Shown here in pieces: positions 48,789 to 57,488 of a DNA stretch of 64,000 nucleotides; position 1 is the stretch's first letter, and each line of letters begins with the position of its first letter. A program made the position numbers and the translations under genes. The DNA lies in assembly GCA_042567505.1 (NCBI GenBank), contig JBHPJW010000002.1:17686-81685 (forward strand), read 5' to 3'. The notes beneath the pieces were generated by a model that searched no databases, was not told where the DNA came from, and saw only the letters and a list, made by a program, of their open reading frames with translations. Origin of the DNA: Fibrobacterota bacterium. Its GTDB lineage: Bacteria > Fibrobacterota > Fibrobacteria > UBA11236 > JADFYW01.

Positions 48789-49539
48789 GTGTCAGCTCCT
48801 GTTCTAGTTTATTCTTTACTTTATAAATCTCTTCTTTAGTTTCCCCATTAATGGAAAATCCACGATAATCGAGAAGCGTTTCATCATAGGGAACAGCGCT
48901 TAAAACCTCAGCGCCGGTCTCACTGATAATCCTTTCAAGATCTTCCGGTTTTCGTACTTTGTTGGCAATCACTGCTATCTGTTTTATGTTCAGGTCCCCG
49001 GCCAGTTTTTTTATCCGGTCAAAAGTCTGCAGGCTGCTGGTAGTGGCTTCAACCACAACCAGGAGCAGATCCACAAACTGGGCTGTGCCTCTGCCCAAGT
49101 GCTCAATGCCTGCCTCCATGTCAATAATAACTATTTCGTCCCTGGCCACCAGCAAGTGGCTGAGCAGCTGCTTAACCATCACGTTTTCAGGACAGACGCA
49201 ACCACCGCCGCCCCTGCGCACTGTACCCATAACCATGTGCTTGATTCCGTCCTTTTCCACAGAAAACCTGTCAGGGATATCATCAACCTTGGGATTCATG
49301 GTGAAATAAACGGTGGATTTTCCTGGTTCAGCTCCCACCCTTTCCTTTATCAGTTCCTTCATCTCCGCCAATGGAGTGATTTCCTGTTCCTCAGAAAAGC
49401 CCAAGGCATTGGCCAGGTTGGCGTCAGGATCGGCATCTATGGTAAAGACCTTCGCCCCCTCATCGCTGAAAGCGCGCGCCAGCATGGCCGCTATGGTGGT
49501 CTTGCCCACTCCTCCCTTACCTGAGATGGCTATTTTCAA
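48781..49539 (-). CDS. cooC: CooC nickel-insertion ATPase
   Basis: KIAISGKGGVGKTT, DADPDANL, GGGCVCPEN and DMEAGIEHLGRG. TTG at 49539 preferred over GTG at 49572, which lies inside a REP. Confidence 0.92.
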   Translation of the reverse strand: MKIAISGKGGVGKTTIAAMLARAFSDEGAKVFTIDADPDANLANALGFSEEQEITPLAEMKELIKERVGAEPGKSTVYFTMNPKVDDIPDRFSVEKDGIKHMVMGTVRRGGGGCVCPENVMVKQLLSHLLVARDEIVIIDMEAGIEHLGRGTAQFVDLLLVVVEATTSSLQTFDRIKKLAGDLNIKQIAVIANKVRKPEDLERIISETGAEVLSAVPYDETLLDYRGFSINGETKEEIYKVKNKLEQELTHG

Positions 49540-49567
49540 TGTCTCTCTTCCTTTTTCTTCTGCTTTT

Positions 49568-49631
49568 GTCACACTTCGACAAGCTCAGTGTGACGCTTCC
49601 CCGTCATCCTGAACCTGTCGAAGGATGACGG
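49568..49631. repeat. Pair of REP-like hairpins (CTTCGACAAGCTCAG family)
   Basis: GTCACACTTCGACAAGCTCAGTGTGAC and CCGTCATCCTGAACCTGTCGAAGGATGACGG, in opposite orientation. Confidence 0.75.
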
Positions 49632-49648
49632 TAATCTAATTCTCCTGT

Positions 49649-50602
49649 TCAAACCTCCGGCCTCGGCAATAATCCAGCTTTTTCCGCAAATCCCATAACT
49701 GTCTTTTCCGCTTCTATAGCCATGAAATGAACACCGCGCACCCCCTCTATTTCCTTCATTTCCTGCACCTGCTCGATGGCGATCTGCTGTCCTTCCTCTT
49801 TGGGGTCTTCGGCCTTTTTCATCCTCTCTATCATATGGTCCGGAACCGTCATGCCGGCCACATTGTCCCGCATGTATTCAGCCATCCTGACTGATTTTAA
49901 AGGCGTCACACCGGCCAGGATAGCGGTCTTCTCATGCAGCCCCTTGTTGACTACTTCCTTCATCCACTTCTTAAAACGGTCCATATCATAAATGCACTGG
50001 GTCTGAATAAAATCAGCACCGGCATTGACTTTCTTGGCAAGTCTGGTGGGCCGATAATCAATGGGTCCCCCAAACGGATTGGCGGCAGCGCCTATAAAAA
50101 TTCTTGGTTCCACCACCGGGCCCTTTTTGCCCTGTTTAATTTCATCTCCGCAGGCGAACTGCTTTTCGTCGCGCATTTTTTTCAGCATGGCTATCAGCTG
50201 CATGGAATCCAGATCATAGACGTTTTTGGCGGTGGGATGGTTGCCGAAACACTGATGATCGCCGCTCAGGCAGAGGATATTGTGCACCCCGAGAGCATAT
50301 GCTCCCAGCACGTCCGCCTGAATGGCCAGCCGGTTGCGATCCCGGCAGGTTATCTGCATGACCGGTTCCAGACCGCATTCAATAGCAATCACACTGGCGG
50401 TCAACGAGGACATCCTGACGATGGCGGTCTGGTTGTCGGTGATATTCACCGCATCCACAGCGCCTTTTAAGAACTCAGCTTTTTTCTGGACATGCTCCTT
50501 GTCCGCACTCTTGGGAGGGCCCAACTCGCCGGTGAAGACAAATTCAACCTTGGCCAGGAGTTTCTCCAGCCTGCCTCCGGATTTTAACGCAGTCTCATGC
50601 AT
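49649..50602 (-). CDS. metF: Methylenetetrahydrofolate reductase catalytic subunit
   Basis: ELGPPKS, AVNITDNQ, QITCRDRN, LCLSGD and GADFIQTQ motifs. Confidence 0.96.
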   Translation of the reverse strand: MHETALKSGGRLEKLLAKVEFVFTGELGPPKSADKEHVQKKAEFLKGAVDAVNITDNQTAIVRMSSLTASVIAIECGLEPVMQITCRDRNRLAIQADVLGAYALGVHNILCLSGDHQCFGNHPTAKNVYDLDSMQLIAMLKKMRDEKQFACGDEIKQGKKGPVVEPRIFIGAAANPFGGPIDYRPTRLAKKVNAGADFIQTQCIYDMDRFKKWMKEVVNKGLHEKTAILAGVTPLKSVRMAEYMRDNVAGMTVPDHMIERMKKAEDPKEEGQQIAIEQVQEMKEIEGVRGVHFMAIEAEKTVMGFAEKAGLLPRPEV

Positions 50603-50636
50603 CGTTTATCTCATTTAATCAACATAGCCCATGGGT

Positions 50637-50752
50637 TGTCATTCCCCGCGAAGGCGGGGAATCTGCCCGCTTATGTTTTCCTCAAGATTATAATAGCTGT
50701 ATTCCTCATGTTTAAACTATCAGGAGTTTCCCCGCCTTCGCGGGGAATGACA
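50637..50752. repeat. REP doublet in inverted orientation between metV and metF
   Basis: TGTCATTCCCCGCGAAGGCGGGGAATCT at 50637-50664 and an inverted copy with one mismatch at 50725-50752; the first copy is identical to the core of the unit at 40478. Confidence 0.9.
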
Positions 50753-50754
50753 TG

Positions 50755-51429
50755 CTATAGCATTACGTCCTCTCTCTTAACCGTCCTCGGGCCGCCGTCA
50801 CGCGCAGTCGACCAGTCCTTTAAAGGTTGATTGGCTTCAAGTTCATCCAACCTCCCCAGCTTTTCCATCCGATCATATATCAGCTGCCAGGCGCAATCGA
50901 TGTTTTCCGTGTCCACCTCGCATTTGCCATTGGTAGAGCCCCCGCAGGGCCCGTTCATGATGCTCTTGGAACACCGGGCAATGGGACAGATGCCGCCGTA
51001 CTGCTCCAGAATGCACTGCCCGCATCCCGCGCAGCGCTCCGCCCACACACCCTGTTGCAGGTTCGTGCCAAAAAATTTGGTATCCAGGCCTGGATACACG
51101 ACCATTTCCGGAACAACTTCTATCCCGTATTGAACCCCCACTCCACATGCAGTTGAGATGACCGCGTCAACTTCGCCTATCTTTCTGACCGTTTCCTCAT
51201 CAAAAAATTCCCGATCGCACTGGCGGGTTATGGTATGTTCTTCAACCGTGATATCGTCGCCTTTTTCCCTGGCCGCCAGCTTTATCTGAGACGCTAAAAC
51301 ACCAACTTCCTTTTCTCCACCGGCCATGCAAACAGTTACGCAGGTCCCGCACCCGAGGATTAGCACCTTCTTATGCCTTTTGGCATAATCGTATACTTCA
51401 TCAAAAGGTTTTCTTTCTGCGACAATCAT
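50755..51429 (-). CDS. metV: MetV (methylenetetrahydrofolate reductase Zn/Fe-S subunit)
   Basis: MIVAERKP, GCGTCVTVC, ACGVG, CAGCGQC, CPIARCSKS..NGPCGG and CAW motifs; GGAGG RBS. Confidence 0.93.
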   Translation of the reverse strand: MIVAERKPFDEVYDYAKRHKKVLILGCGTCVTVCMAGGEKEVGVLASQIKLAAREKGDDITVEEHTITRQCDREFFDEETVRKIGEVDAVISTACGVGVQYGIEVVPEMVVYPGLDTKFFGTNLQQGVWAERCAGCGQCILEQYGGICPIARCSKSIMNGPCGGSTNGKCEVDTENIDCAWQLIYDRMEKLGRLDELEANQPLKDWSTARDGGPRTVKREDVML

Positions 51430-51677
51430 AGGTAGCCTCCAAAAAGGAGTCCGGCTCCGCCAAGGGCGAAAAATTCTGTTACTTCAATCGCGCTTTTATT
51501 AATTGCAGTTTCCATAAGCACTGCGGTTTTTTAAGGACTTCATCAATTTTTTCCCGTTTTTGATGAGAATCCCCGCAGTCAATACAATCCCTAAAAAAAC
51601 CAGTAAATCGGAAATAATTTCCCATTTTCTAAGAATAAATAATAACTATTCAAAAATGTGATTAACCAGGTTTCTTT

Positions 51678-51704
51678 TTGCCATTTAGGCAAGGGCTAGC
51701 TCAT
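51678..51704. promoter_or_regulatory. Putative regulator site upstream of the Wood-Ljungdahl cluster
   Basis: TTGCCATTTAGGCAA (TTGCC-N5-GGCAA) plus GCTAGCTCAT; both motifs recur at 61021-61071. Confidence 0.45.
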
Positions 51705-51718
51705 TATTCAATGATCTT

Positions 51719-51750
51719 TGTAACGGCGTGCCGTCGGCGCGCCGCTACAA
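51719..51750. repeat. GTAG-type REP-like palindrome
   Basis: TGTAACGGCGTGCCGTCGGCGCGCCGCTACAA; shares flanks with 11931-11965. Confidence 0.6.
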
Positions 51751-51782
51751 TTGCAAAGAATGTGATATTGTAAATGGAGCTT

Positions 51783-51813
51783 AAAAAAGGAGGGGAAAAC
51801 CCTCCTTTTTTTT
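51783..51813 (-). terminator. Rho-independent (bidirectional) terminator after the cytochrome cluster
   Basis: AAAAAAGGAGGG-GAAAA-CCCTCCTTTTTT with A/T runs on both sides. Confidence 0.85.
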
Positions 51814-51837
51814 ATGCAGTTTTTTTTGAATTAACTC

Positions 51838-52557
51838 TTAAAACTCTACCGTTACCTTTGCTTCCGCGCCGGCTTTGACTTCTACGTCCACGGTCTTTTC
51901 GCCCAGTTTTTCATGCCAGACTTTGAGTTTGTGCTTGCCGGCAGGTACATTTTCAATCTTAAACGTTCCTTTGGCATCTGTGACCGCGCCGTATGGATGG
52001 GGAAGTACCCAGATCCAGCCCTCTTCCCAGTCATGGGGATCACATCCAATAAAAACCAATCCTTCTTTTCTCAAAGGTTTTTTGTGTTTGGCGACCATAT
52101 CCTTTTTAGGCAAAGCCTGGTTGATGAGGCTCTGCTTTTTGTCGCCTTTCATCAAATAATAATGAGCGGTGTGGTTGATGGGATCGCTGTTTTTATAGGT
52201 CATGGTCCCGCCTTTGGGGGCAATAATCACCCTGGGTTCGTTCCGGCAGGCAACGTTATCGATAAAAGCCGGGGTAGCCTTGTCGAGCTTGGCGCCTTCT
52301 TTTATTCCCTCGATAAAGGCGGCCGCGTATTTGATCTCACCTGCGGCTGAGATCACATAATGCTCGGCAGCTATCTCCTCGCCACAAAACTCCTGATCCG
52401 CAGTTACTTTCAGCATGGGATCCTTGGGGATTTCCCCCTTTTTCTTTACCACACCTGAAATTGTGCCGCCGTCCTTAACCTCAATTTCCTTATATTGGGC
52501 AACGGCAGCCAGTGCCAGACAAACCAGGAGAGCCATAGTGATTTGAAACATCTTCAT
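51838..52557 (-). CDS. Periplasmic cupredoxin-like / carboxypeptidase-regulatory-like domain protein
   Basis: Signal peptide; GGTISGVV, N.DPINHTAH, GCDPHDW...HPYGAVTD..G.F.IENVPAG.H.L.VWHE motifs. Confidence 0.75.
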   Translation of the reverse strand: MKMFQITMALLVCLALAAVAQYKEIEVKDGGTISGVVKKKGEIPKDPMLKVTADQEFCGEEIAAEHYVISAAGEIKYAAAFIEGIKEGAKLDKATPAFIDNVACRNEPRVIIAPKGGTMTYKNSDPINHTAHYYLMKGDKKQSLINQALPKKDMVAKHKKPLRKEGLVFIGCDPHDWEEGWIWVLPHPYGAVTDAKGTFKIENVPAGKHKLKVWHEKLGEKTVDVEVKAGAEAKVTVEF

Positions 52558-52619
52558 TGAAAACCTCCTCTTTTATGTTATTCTATTTAATATCCTTATT
52601 TTTTTTAAAATTTTCCAAT

Positions 52620-53783
52620 TTAGAAGAAACCAACAAACCTCAGGATGACCTGGTCCTGGTTCTCAAATTGAGCCTGGGGAATGAAGCGGTTCATCCGGTA
52701 AAAAAGAGCCAGCTCGGTGAATTGGGTGACAAAAGCCTCCACTCCCACAGTCAGGCGGTCCTGGCCGTCCCTATTCCAGGCTAAGCCGGCCTCATTTCCC
52801 ATAATAGTGGTGTTTCTGTCAAAAAACTCATAGGTGGTTTTGTAATTCAAGCCGTCCATGATATGATAATTGAGTTCCAGAAACCCCGCGAACTGGTCCC
52901 TGTTTTCTTTGGTGATGATGTCACCCTCACCCATAAGAGTGAATTTACCGAAGTTAGTCCCGGCAAAGACTCCCCAACGGTAATCATCTCCCCAGAAATT
53001 AGTTCCTTCCAAACCGGGGTGGTCCTCGGTCCAACGCTGGAATGATCCCCCTACCCTCCACCTGCGGTATACCACTGTAGCCACCGTAGAAAACCTGGCG
53101 TCGGTCAGGTTGGCGATGAGGGAAAAAGGGCCCGGCTCAAATCCAATTTCACCGGCCATGTCCCGGGTAAAATAGGTGTACCCTGTTTTTGCGCGGATAA
53201 AGGCGTCATCATCATACAGGCGCAAACCATAGGGAAGCAGCATGTATCCGATTTTCACATAAGAATTCAGGGGAAACTTCATCATGGTCCAGTATTCACG
53301 CCAGCCGTTCTGCATCATGTCCGCGTCCGCGTAAAACAGGACAAAATCCTGAATCAGGTCCATCTGAAAATAAAGGTCGGCCTCTTTAATATTGGTCTTA
53401 TTATCTCCCAGGACTTTGGGAAGGGTGTCGAGTCCGGTTATGGGATCAGTGGGCTGGTAATCAAGGGAAGTGGCATTATCCACTCTCAAGTTTGCGCCGA
53501 CGGAAAGCATTTCGCTTATCTGTCCGCCAAAAAACGCCGGTTTTTTAGATGGCCGAATGGATTTCATTTTAAGCTTGTAATGACCGTACTGCACTCCGAA
53601 ATCAGTACGCTTCCCCCCGCCTGATGCGTTCACATGGCAAACCACGCACTTGAGCCCGGTGCGCACAGCCATGTAGGGCTCTCCGTACGCTGAAAAACCG
53701 AAAAAAAACAGGACAAAAAGGGACACTAAGGGGAAAGCATTCCTCCATCCCGTGAACATGAGTTTTGTTATCCGGTTATTCAT
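52620..53783 (-). CDS. Mono-haem cytochrome fused to a beta-barrel (Cyc2-like cytochrome-porin)
   Basis: Signal peptide, then EPYMAVRTGLKCVVCH...GGGKRTDFG; remainder is alternating amphipathic strands ending in Phe (VILRFVGFF). Confidence 0.7.
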   Translation of the reverse strand: MNNRITKLMFTGWRNAFPLVSLFVLFFFGFSAYGEPYMAVRTGLKCVVCHVNASGGGKRTDFGVQYGHYKLKMKSIRPSKKPAFFGGQISEMLSVGANLRVDNATSLDYQPTDPITGLDTLPKVLGDNKTNIKEADLYFQMDLIQDFVLFYADADMMQNGWREYWTMMKFPLNSYVKIGYMLLPYGLRLYDDDAFIRAKTGYTYFTRDMAGEIGFEPGPFSLIANLTDARFSTVATVVYRRWRVGGSFQRWTEDHPGLEGTNFWGDDYRWGVFAGTNFGKFTLMGEGDIITKENRDQFAGFLELNYHIMDGLNYKTTYEFFDRNTTIMGNEAGLAWNRDGQDRLTVGVEAFVTQFTELALFYRMNRFIPQAQFENQDQVILRFVGFF

Positions 53784-54540
53784 TTATACTTGCCCTGGCT
53801 CCTTCCCAGATCCATAATGAGCAGAGAGCTATCTTGTCATCCGGCACGGGAGCAAGGGTCCCGGCATACGGCATGGCCTCCCCCCCTGTTTTCGGTGTCG
53901 CCTGACCGGTCCAGGCCTTCAACACGGTCAACAGATAACTGCTGTCCGGTTCAAACGGTAAAACCCTCCACCTGGGTTGTTCATCCGGCAGCAGGTAAGT
54001 GGGCTGGTTCACCAGCAGGCCAATGATAGTATCCTGAGTCGCCTGAGAATTATCCAGCACCAGGCCGGCGACGTCAAATATGGGCGGCCCGACACTCCCG
54101 GTATTCTGCCAGCCAGTGGCTCCCAGCAGATGGCATCCCACGTCACATCCATACTGGGTCCAGAGTGGATGTATTTCTGAGAGATAATCAACAGTGGGCT
54201 CGAAGCAGGAGTCTCTGGGGTCCTCACAGGCTGCGCCCGCACCGCAGGTATCTACAACACACTGAGTTGTGATATCCGTACATGTGTCCGACGCCATCAT
54301 ACAGCTGTCATAACAAACCTTCAGACTATCGGTGACATCACAGAAACAGGGGTGTGTCGGATTGGTGGAATCACACGCAAAGCAGGCATCATCCATGGGC
54401 CAGGGAAAATCAGGATCACAGTTCCCGTCGGGCAGGAGCCCTGCACCGCCTCCGCAGTTTTTCATATTGGCAGTGCACAACAGCAAAACTCCGGCCAGCA
54501 ACAGCAGCAACTTAATGTTCTTCTTCGTCACCCTGTCCAT
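53776..54540 (-). CDS. Cys-rich exported protein with planctomycete-type cytochrome c-like C-terminal domain
   Basis: About 14 Cys in the N-terminal half; CDVGCH (CX3CH); P..PD.SYL....K...MP......I....WI.EGA C-terminus. Confidence 0.6.
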   Translation of the reverse strand: MDRVTKKNIKLLLLLAGVLLLCTANMKNCGGGAGLLPDGNCDPDFPWPMDDACFACDSTNPTHPCFCDVTDSLKVCYDSCMMASDTCTDITTQCVVDTCGAGAACEDPRDSCFEPTVDYLSEIHPLWTQYGCDVGCHLLGATGWQNTGSVGPPIFDVAGLVLDNSQATQDTIIGLLVNQPTYLLPDEQPRWRVLPFEPDSSYLLTVLKAWTGQATPKTGGEAMPYAGTLAPVPDDKIALCSLWIWEGARASINE

Positions 54541-54542
54541 GC

Positions 54543-55628
54543 CTATTTCCTGGTTCCTTTGGTCACCTCAGTATCCTGACCGAAGAGCTGGTAGAAGAAC
54601 CCCGGTTTTGTGGTAAGCGACTTGAGGTAATGCACTAGGGCCCATTTCCTGCGCACCGCAACCTCATCCTTGGTGCCCTCCTCGGACATGCTCTTTATCT
54701 CTTCCTCACTGGGCTGCAACGAGAGATATTCCTTGAGCCCGTCCACATCGCTTTCCGGGAAATCATTAAAATACTGTTCCAGATCTACATTGTTGCCATA
54801 CAGGAACAGGTCCGCGTAGGCGGCCATGGGTGTGCCGTCCATCCCGGTATTCATGGTTTTGTAGATGCTTTTGTTGTCCGCCCCCCCTCTGTAAACGCCC
54901 CGGGTAAAATCAAAGGCCTCTATGGAAAAACCATCATCATCCTTGAGCGTGGGAGCCGAAGGCCCGTCTCCCTTACCGCGGGTGCCGTGGCAGGTCCAGC
55001 AACCCAGTATCATGTATATATATTTCCCCTCTTTGAGGATGTTCTCATCAGCGGGAAGTTCCTGGGGAATATCAATGGGTTCACCCGCCCCGTATTCCTG
55101 GAAATCACCGCAGAAAGCCTTTGTATAGGCCAGCACGTCCCTCAGTTCCTGCTCGCTCAGCAGCTCATTGTAGGCCGGCATAGTAGTTTCCTGTATGCCT
55201 TCGGCGATAGCGAGGTAAAGGTCCTCATCCGTGGGCAACTCTCCCGAAGGGGTGGAACGGAATTTATAGACGCCTTTGGTAAAATCCCGGGGACGGGGAT
55301 TGAGGTACTGCCCGGCCACGCCGTTGCCGTCACCCGCACGCCCGTGGCAGCCTGCGCAGGCATCATTATAAACCCTCTTGCCGCGGATGAGTTCGGCGCC
55401 CTGTCCGCTGGTTTTAGCCGCTTCAGCGCGAAGTTCGGATTTGCTCGCCTCTATGGCCTTAGAGATTTCTTCCCTTACGTCAACCTGGCTTGGTTGCGGT
55501 TTGTCGGCTTCAAGGGCTGATTCTTCACTGTAGGAAGCAACAACCCCAGCCAGAATAAAAACCCGGAAAAAAGAGGCATAGCGCAACAGCCTGTAAATTC
55601 CGTACCGGTTTATGAGGTTACTAGGCAT
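54543..55628 (-). CDS. Di-haem c-type cytochrome
   Basis: CAGCH and CWTCH, each followed by PRDFT/AFDFT...TPM/TTMP class I motifs. Confidence 0.9.
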   Translation of the reverse strand: MPSNLINRYGIYRLLRYASFFRVFILAGVVASYSEESALEADKPQPSQVDVREEISKAIEASKSELRAEAAKTSGQGAELIRGKRVYNDACAGCHGRAGDGNGVAGQYLNPRPRDFTKGVYKFRSTPSGELPTDEDLYLAIAEGIQETTMPAYNELLSEQELRDVLAYTKAFCGDFQEYGAGEPIDIPQELPADENILKEGKYIYMILGCWTCHGTRGKGDGPSAPTLKDDDGFSIEAFDFTRGVYRGGADNKSIYKTMNTGMDGTPMAAYADLFLYGNNVDLEQYFNDFPESDVDGLKEYLSLQPSEEEIKSMSEEGTKDEVAVRRKWALVHYLKSLTTKPGFFYQLFGQDTEVTKGTRK

Positions 55629-55766
55629 CTAAAAAAATGGCTTTTTTTCGTCCCCTGTCCCAACCCACAGGGACCTAAATTTCCCGTAAAAATCTTCAAA
55701 AAAAACAAAAAATAATATATAAAAAAAACAAACGGATTTTAAACATCTAAAACCATTTGAAAAACT

Positions 55767-57488
55767 TTAAATTATGCGATTCTTTGTGACAATTAGACAA
55801 AAAAACGGTTGTCTTAATTCCGGACTAGGCGTTTTTTTTCTTACCGCATATACTAGCAGAAGCTCAAGCAAGAGAACCCCCAGCGCGCATTTGATTGCGG
55901 TGATCAGAGGAGCGGCAGGAACCGGGGGCTGCATGTAGAGAGAATACCAGGAAGTTATCCCCCTGGTGTTGCCTCGTTCCTTGCTGAATCCGTCCCATAC
56001 GGAAAAAGCAACAGGAATGAATTCATCCTCTTGAAAAGTCTTTTCACCGGTTCTTTTCCTGGGCCCTTTAAAAATCACCTGCCATTCCCCATCTTTATAA
56101 TTGGAAACGACTTCGATTTCGCCATCTTCCCTTGTTATATTATCACTTCCCTTACCCAGGAAAAAACCGGCGCTTTGTTCTGCCAGATCGGCAAACCATA
56201 TGTCAACCGACCGTCCGCTATCCCCAAAAAGGAAATAAGGCTTTCGAAAACCTTGCGGCAGCCTGGAAGGAAACTGTACCGCTACCGCGTCCGAGAACAA
56301 TTCCGACGGCTTCTCAGCATCAGGGTCAAACCTGGGCACCTCCACGGCCGGGCTGTTCTTTCCCTCCTTTTCGGCGCTCATGTCGTGCCAGGACAGCATA
56401 AGCGCGATATGACTGCCATTATATACCGCTTTGACTTCAATGGTATGCACACCTGGAAAAAAGGTCCGGCCTGGCTCAATGATCTGGCCCACTACCGGAA
56501 GACGGGCGGCCACTGCGTTTTTAAAAATCGACTGTCCCCGGCTTAGATCAATCACTCCCCCGACAGGATGGGCGTTAACCTGGGTTACATACGCGGTATC
56601 ATTATCACCCATGGAATAGATGTAGTTCACTAGATGCCACAGGTCCGCGGTAACTATGAGTTCACCATAAGCGGCCATGGGCGTTCCATCCATGCCCGCG
56701 TAAATTGTCCTAAAAATATCCCTGCGGTTGCCCCCGCCTCTAAAGGTCCAGAGCCTGGTCAGATCCGCGGGCCTTATCATTTTTCCCGAAGCATCTTCAG
56801 AAGTGGGCGCCGACAGCCCGTCCCCTTTCCCGAAAACCCCGTGACAGCTGGCACAGCCGTTCTTCTCATATATTTTCAGACCCTTTTCTGCAGATCCCTG
56901 GCTGAAAGGCGGAGCATCCGGAATGGGGAAAGGATCTACCAATACTTCTGAATCAGCGAAGACTTCGTCAAATGTTTTCATATAGTACACCACTTCGGAA
57001 AGCTCGCGGTCCGATAAACGGGACCAGGGAGTCATTCCGGTAAACGGCATTCCCCTTCTGGTTATTTCTATCAAATCCTGAGTGGTGGGCATCTCTCCGG
57101 AAGGAGTAGTGCGGATTTTAAACGAACCGGAAGTTAGGTCCCTGGGCATGGGTATGAGAAAAGGGGTGGCCGGGCCCTGTCCGTCCCCGGCTTCCCCATG
57201 ACAGCCCGCGCATTTTTTCTGGTATAGTTTTTTACCTGATTCCCGCTGAGCGACGGTACCTGTGTCAGGTGCAACAGCATGCACCAGACCGCAGAAGCAC
57301 AGAGCTAAGGTTAAGCATGCATTTCTAAATAATATATACCAAACACTTGCCATTGCGGCCGGAGCCCGGCCAGTCCCATGATCCGGGCATTCAGAATAAA
57401 AGCGCTTAAGACTCCGGGTCCCGGCCGTGGCCTTGGCAGGCAAGCCCGGAGTTCCAGAACATATTTTTTTAAGATACCTAACAGTCAC
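55767..57488 (-). CDS. Di-haem cytochrome c fused to an EB_dh (DMSO-reductase-type haem b) domain with C-terminal TM anchor
   Basis: CAGCH and CASCH; WHDMS...SDAVAVQF, W.V.F..PR and PVAFSVWDG...ERG motifs. The start may be downstream (about 57353). Confidence 0.85.
   Translation of the reverse strand: MTVRYLKKICSGTPGLPAKATAGTRSLKRFYSECPDHGTGRAPAAMASVWYILFRNACLTLALCFCGLVHAVAPDTGTVAQRESGKKLYQKKCAGCHGEAGDGQGPATPFLIPMPRDLTSGSFKIRTTPSGEMPTTQDLIEITRRGMPFTGMTPWSRLSDRELSEVVYYMKTFDEVFADSEVLVDPFPIPDAPPFSQGSAEKGLKIYEKNGCASCHGVFGKGDGLSAPTSEDASGKMIRPADLTRLWTFRGGGNRRDIFRTIYAGMDGTPMAAYGELIVTADLWHLVNYIYSMGDNDTAYVTQVNAHPVGGVIDLSRGQSIFKNAVAARLPVVGQIIEPGRTFFPGVHTIEVKAVYNGSHIALMLSWHDMSAEKEGKNSPAVEVPRFDPDAEKPSELFSDAVAVQFPSRLPQGFRKPYFLFGDSGRSVDIWFADLAEQSAGFFLGKGSDNITREDGEIEVVSNYKDGEWQVIFKGPRKRTGEKTFQEDEFIPVAFSVWDGFSKERGNTRGITSWYSLYMQPPVPAAPLITAIKCALGVLLLELLLVYAVRKKTPSPELRQPFFCLIVTKNRII

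Noticed and set aside
51479-51625. 48-aa minus-strand ORF upstream of metV (and an alternative hydrophobic frame lacking a start codon)
   Set aside because: No clear RBS or homology; possible leader or small protein but unsupported.
51429-51838. Single operon spanning the cytochrome and Wood-Ljungdahl clusters
   Set aside because: A strong intrinsic terminator (51783-51813) and a separate AT-rich promoter-like region intervene.
55690-55765. A-rich low-complexity tract inside the cytochrome cluster
   Set aside because: No periodicity or stem; most likely an internal promoter/UP-element region.
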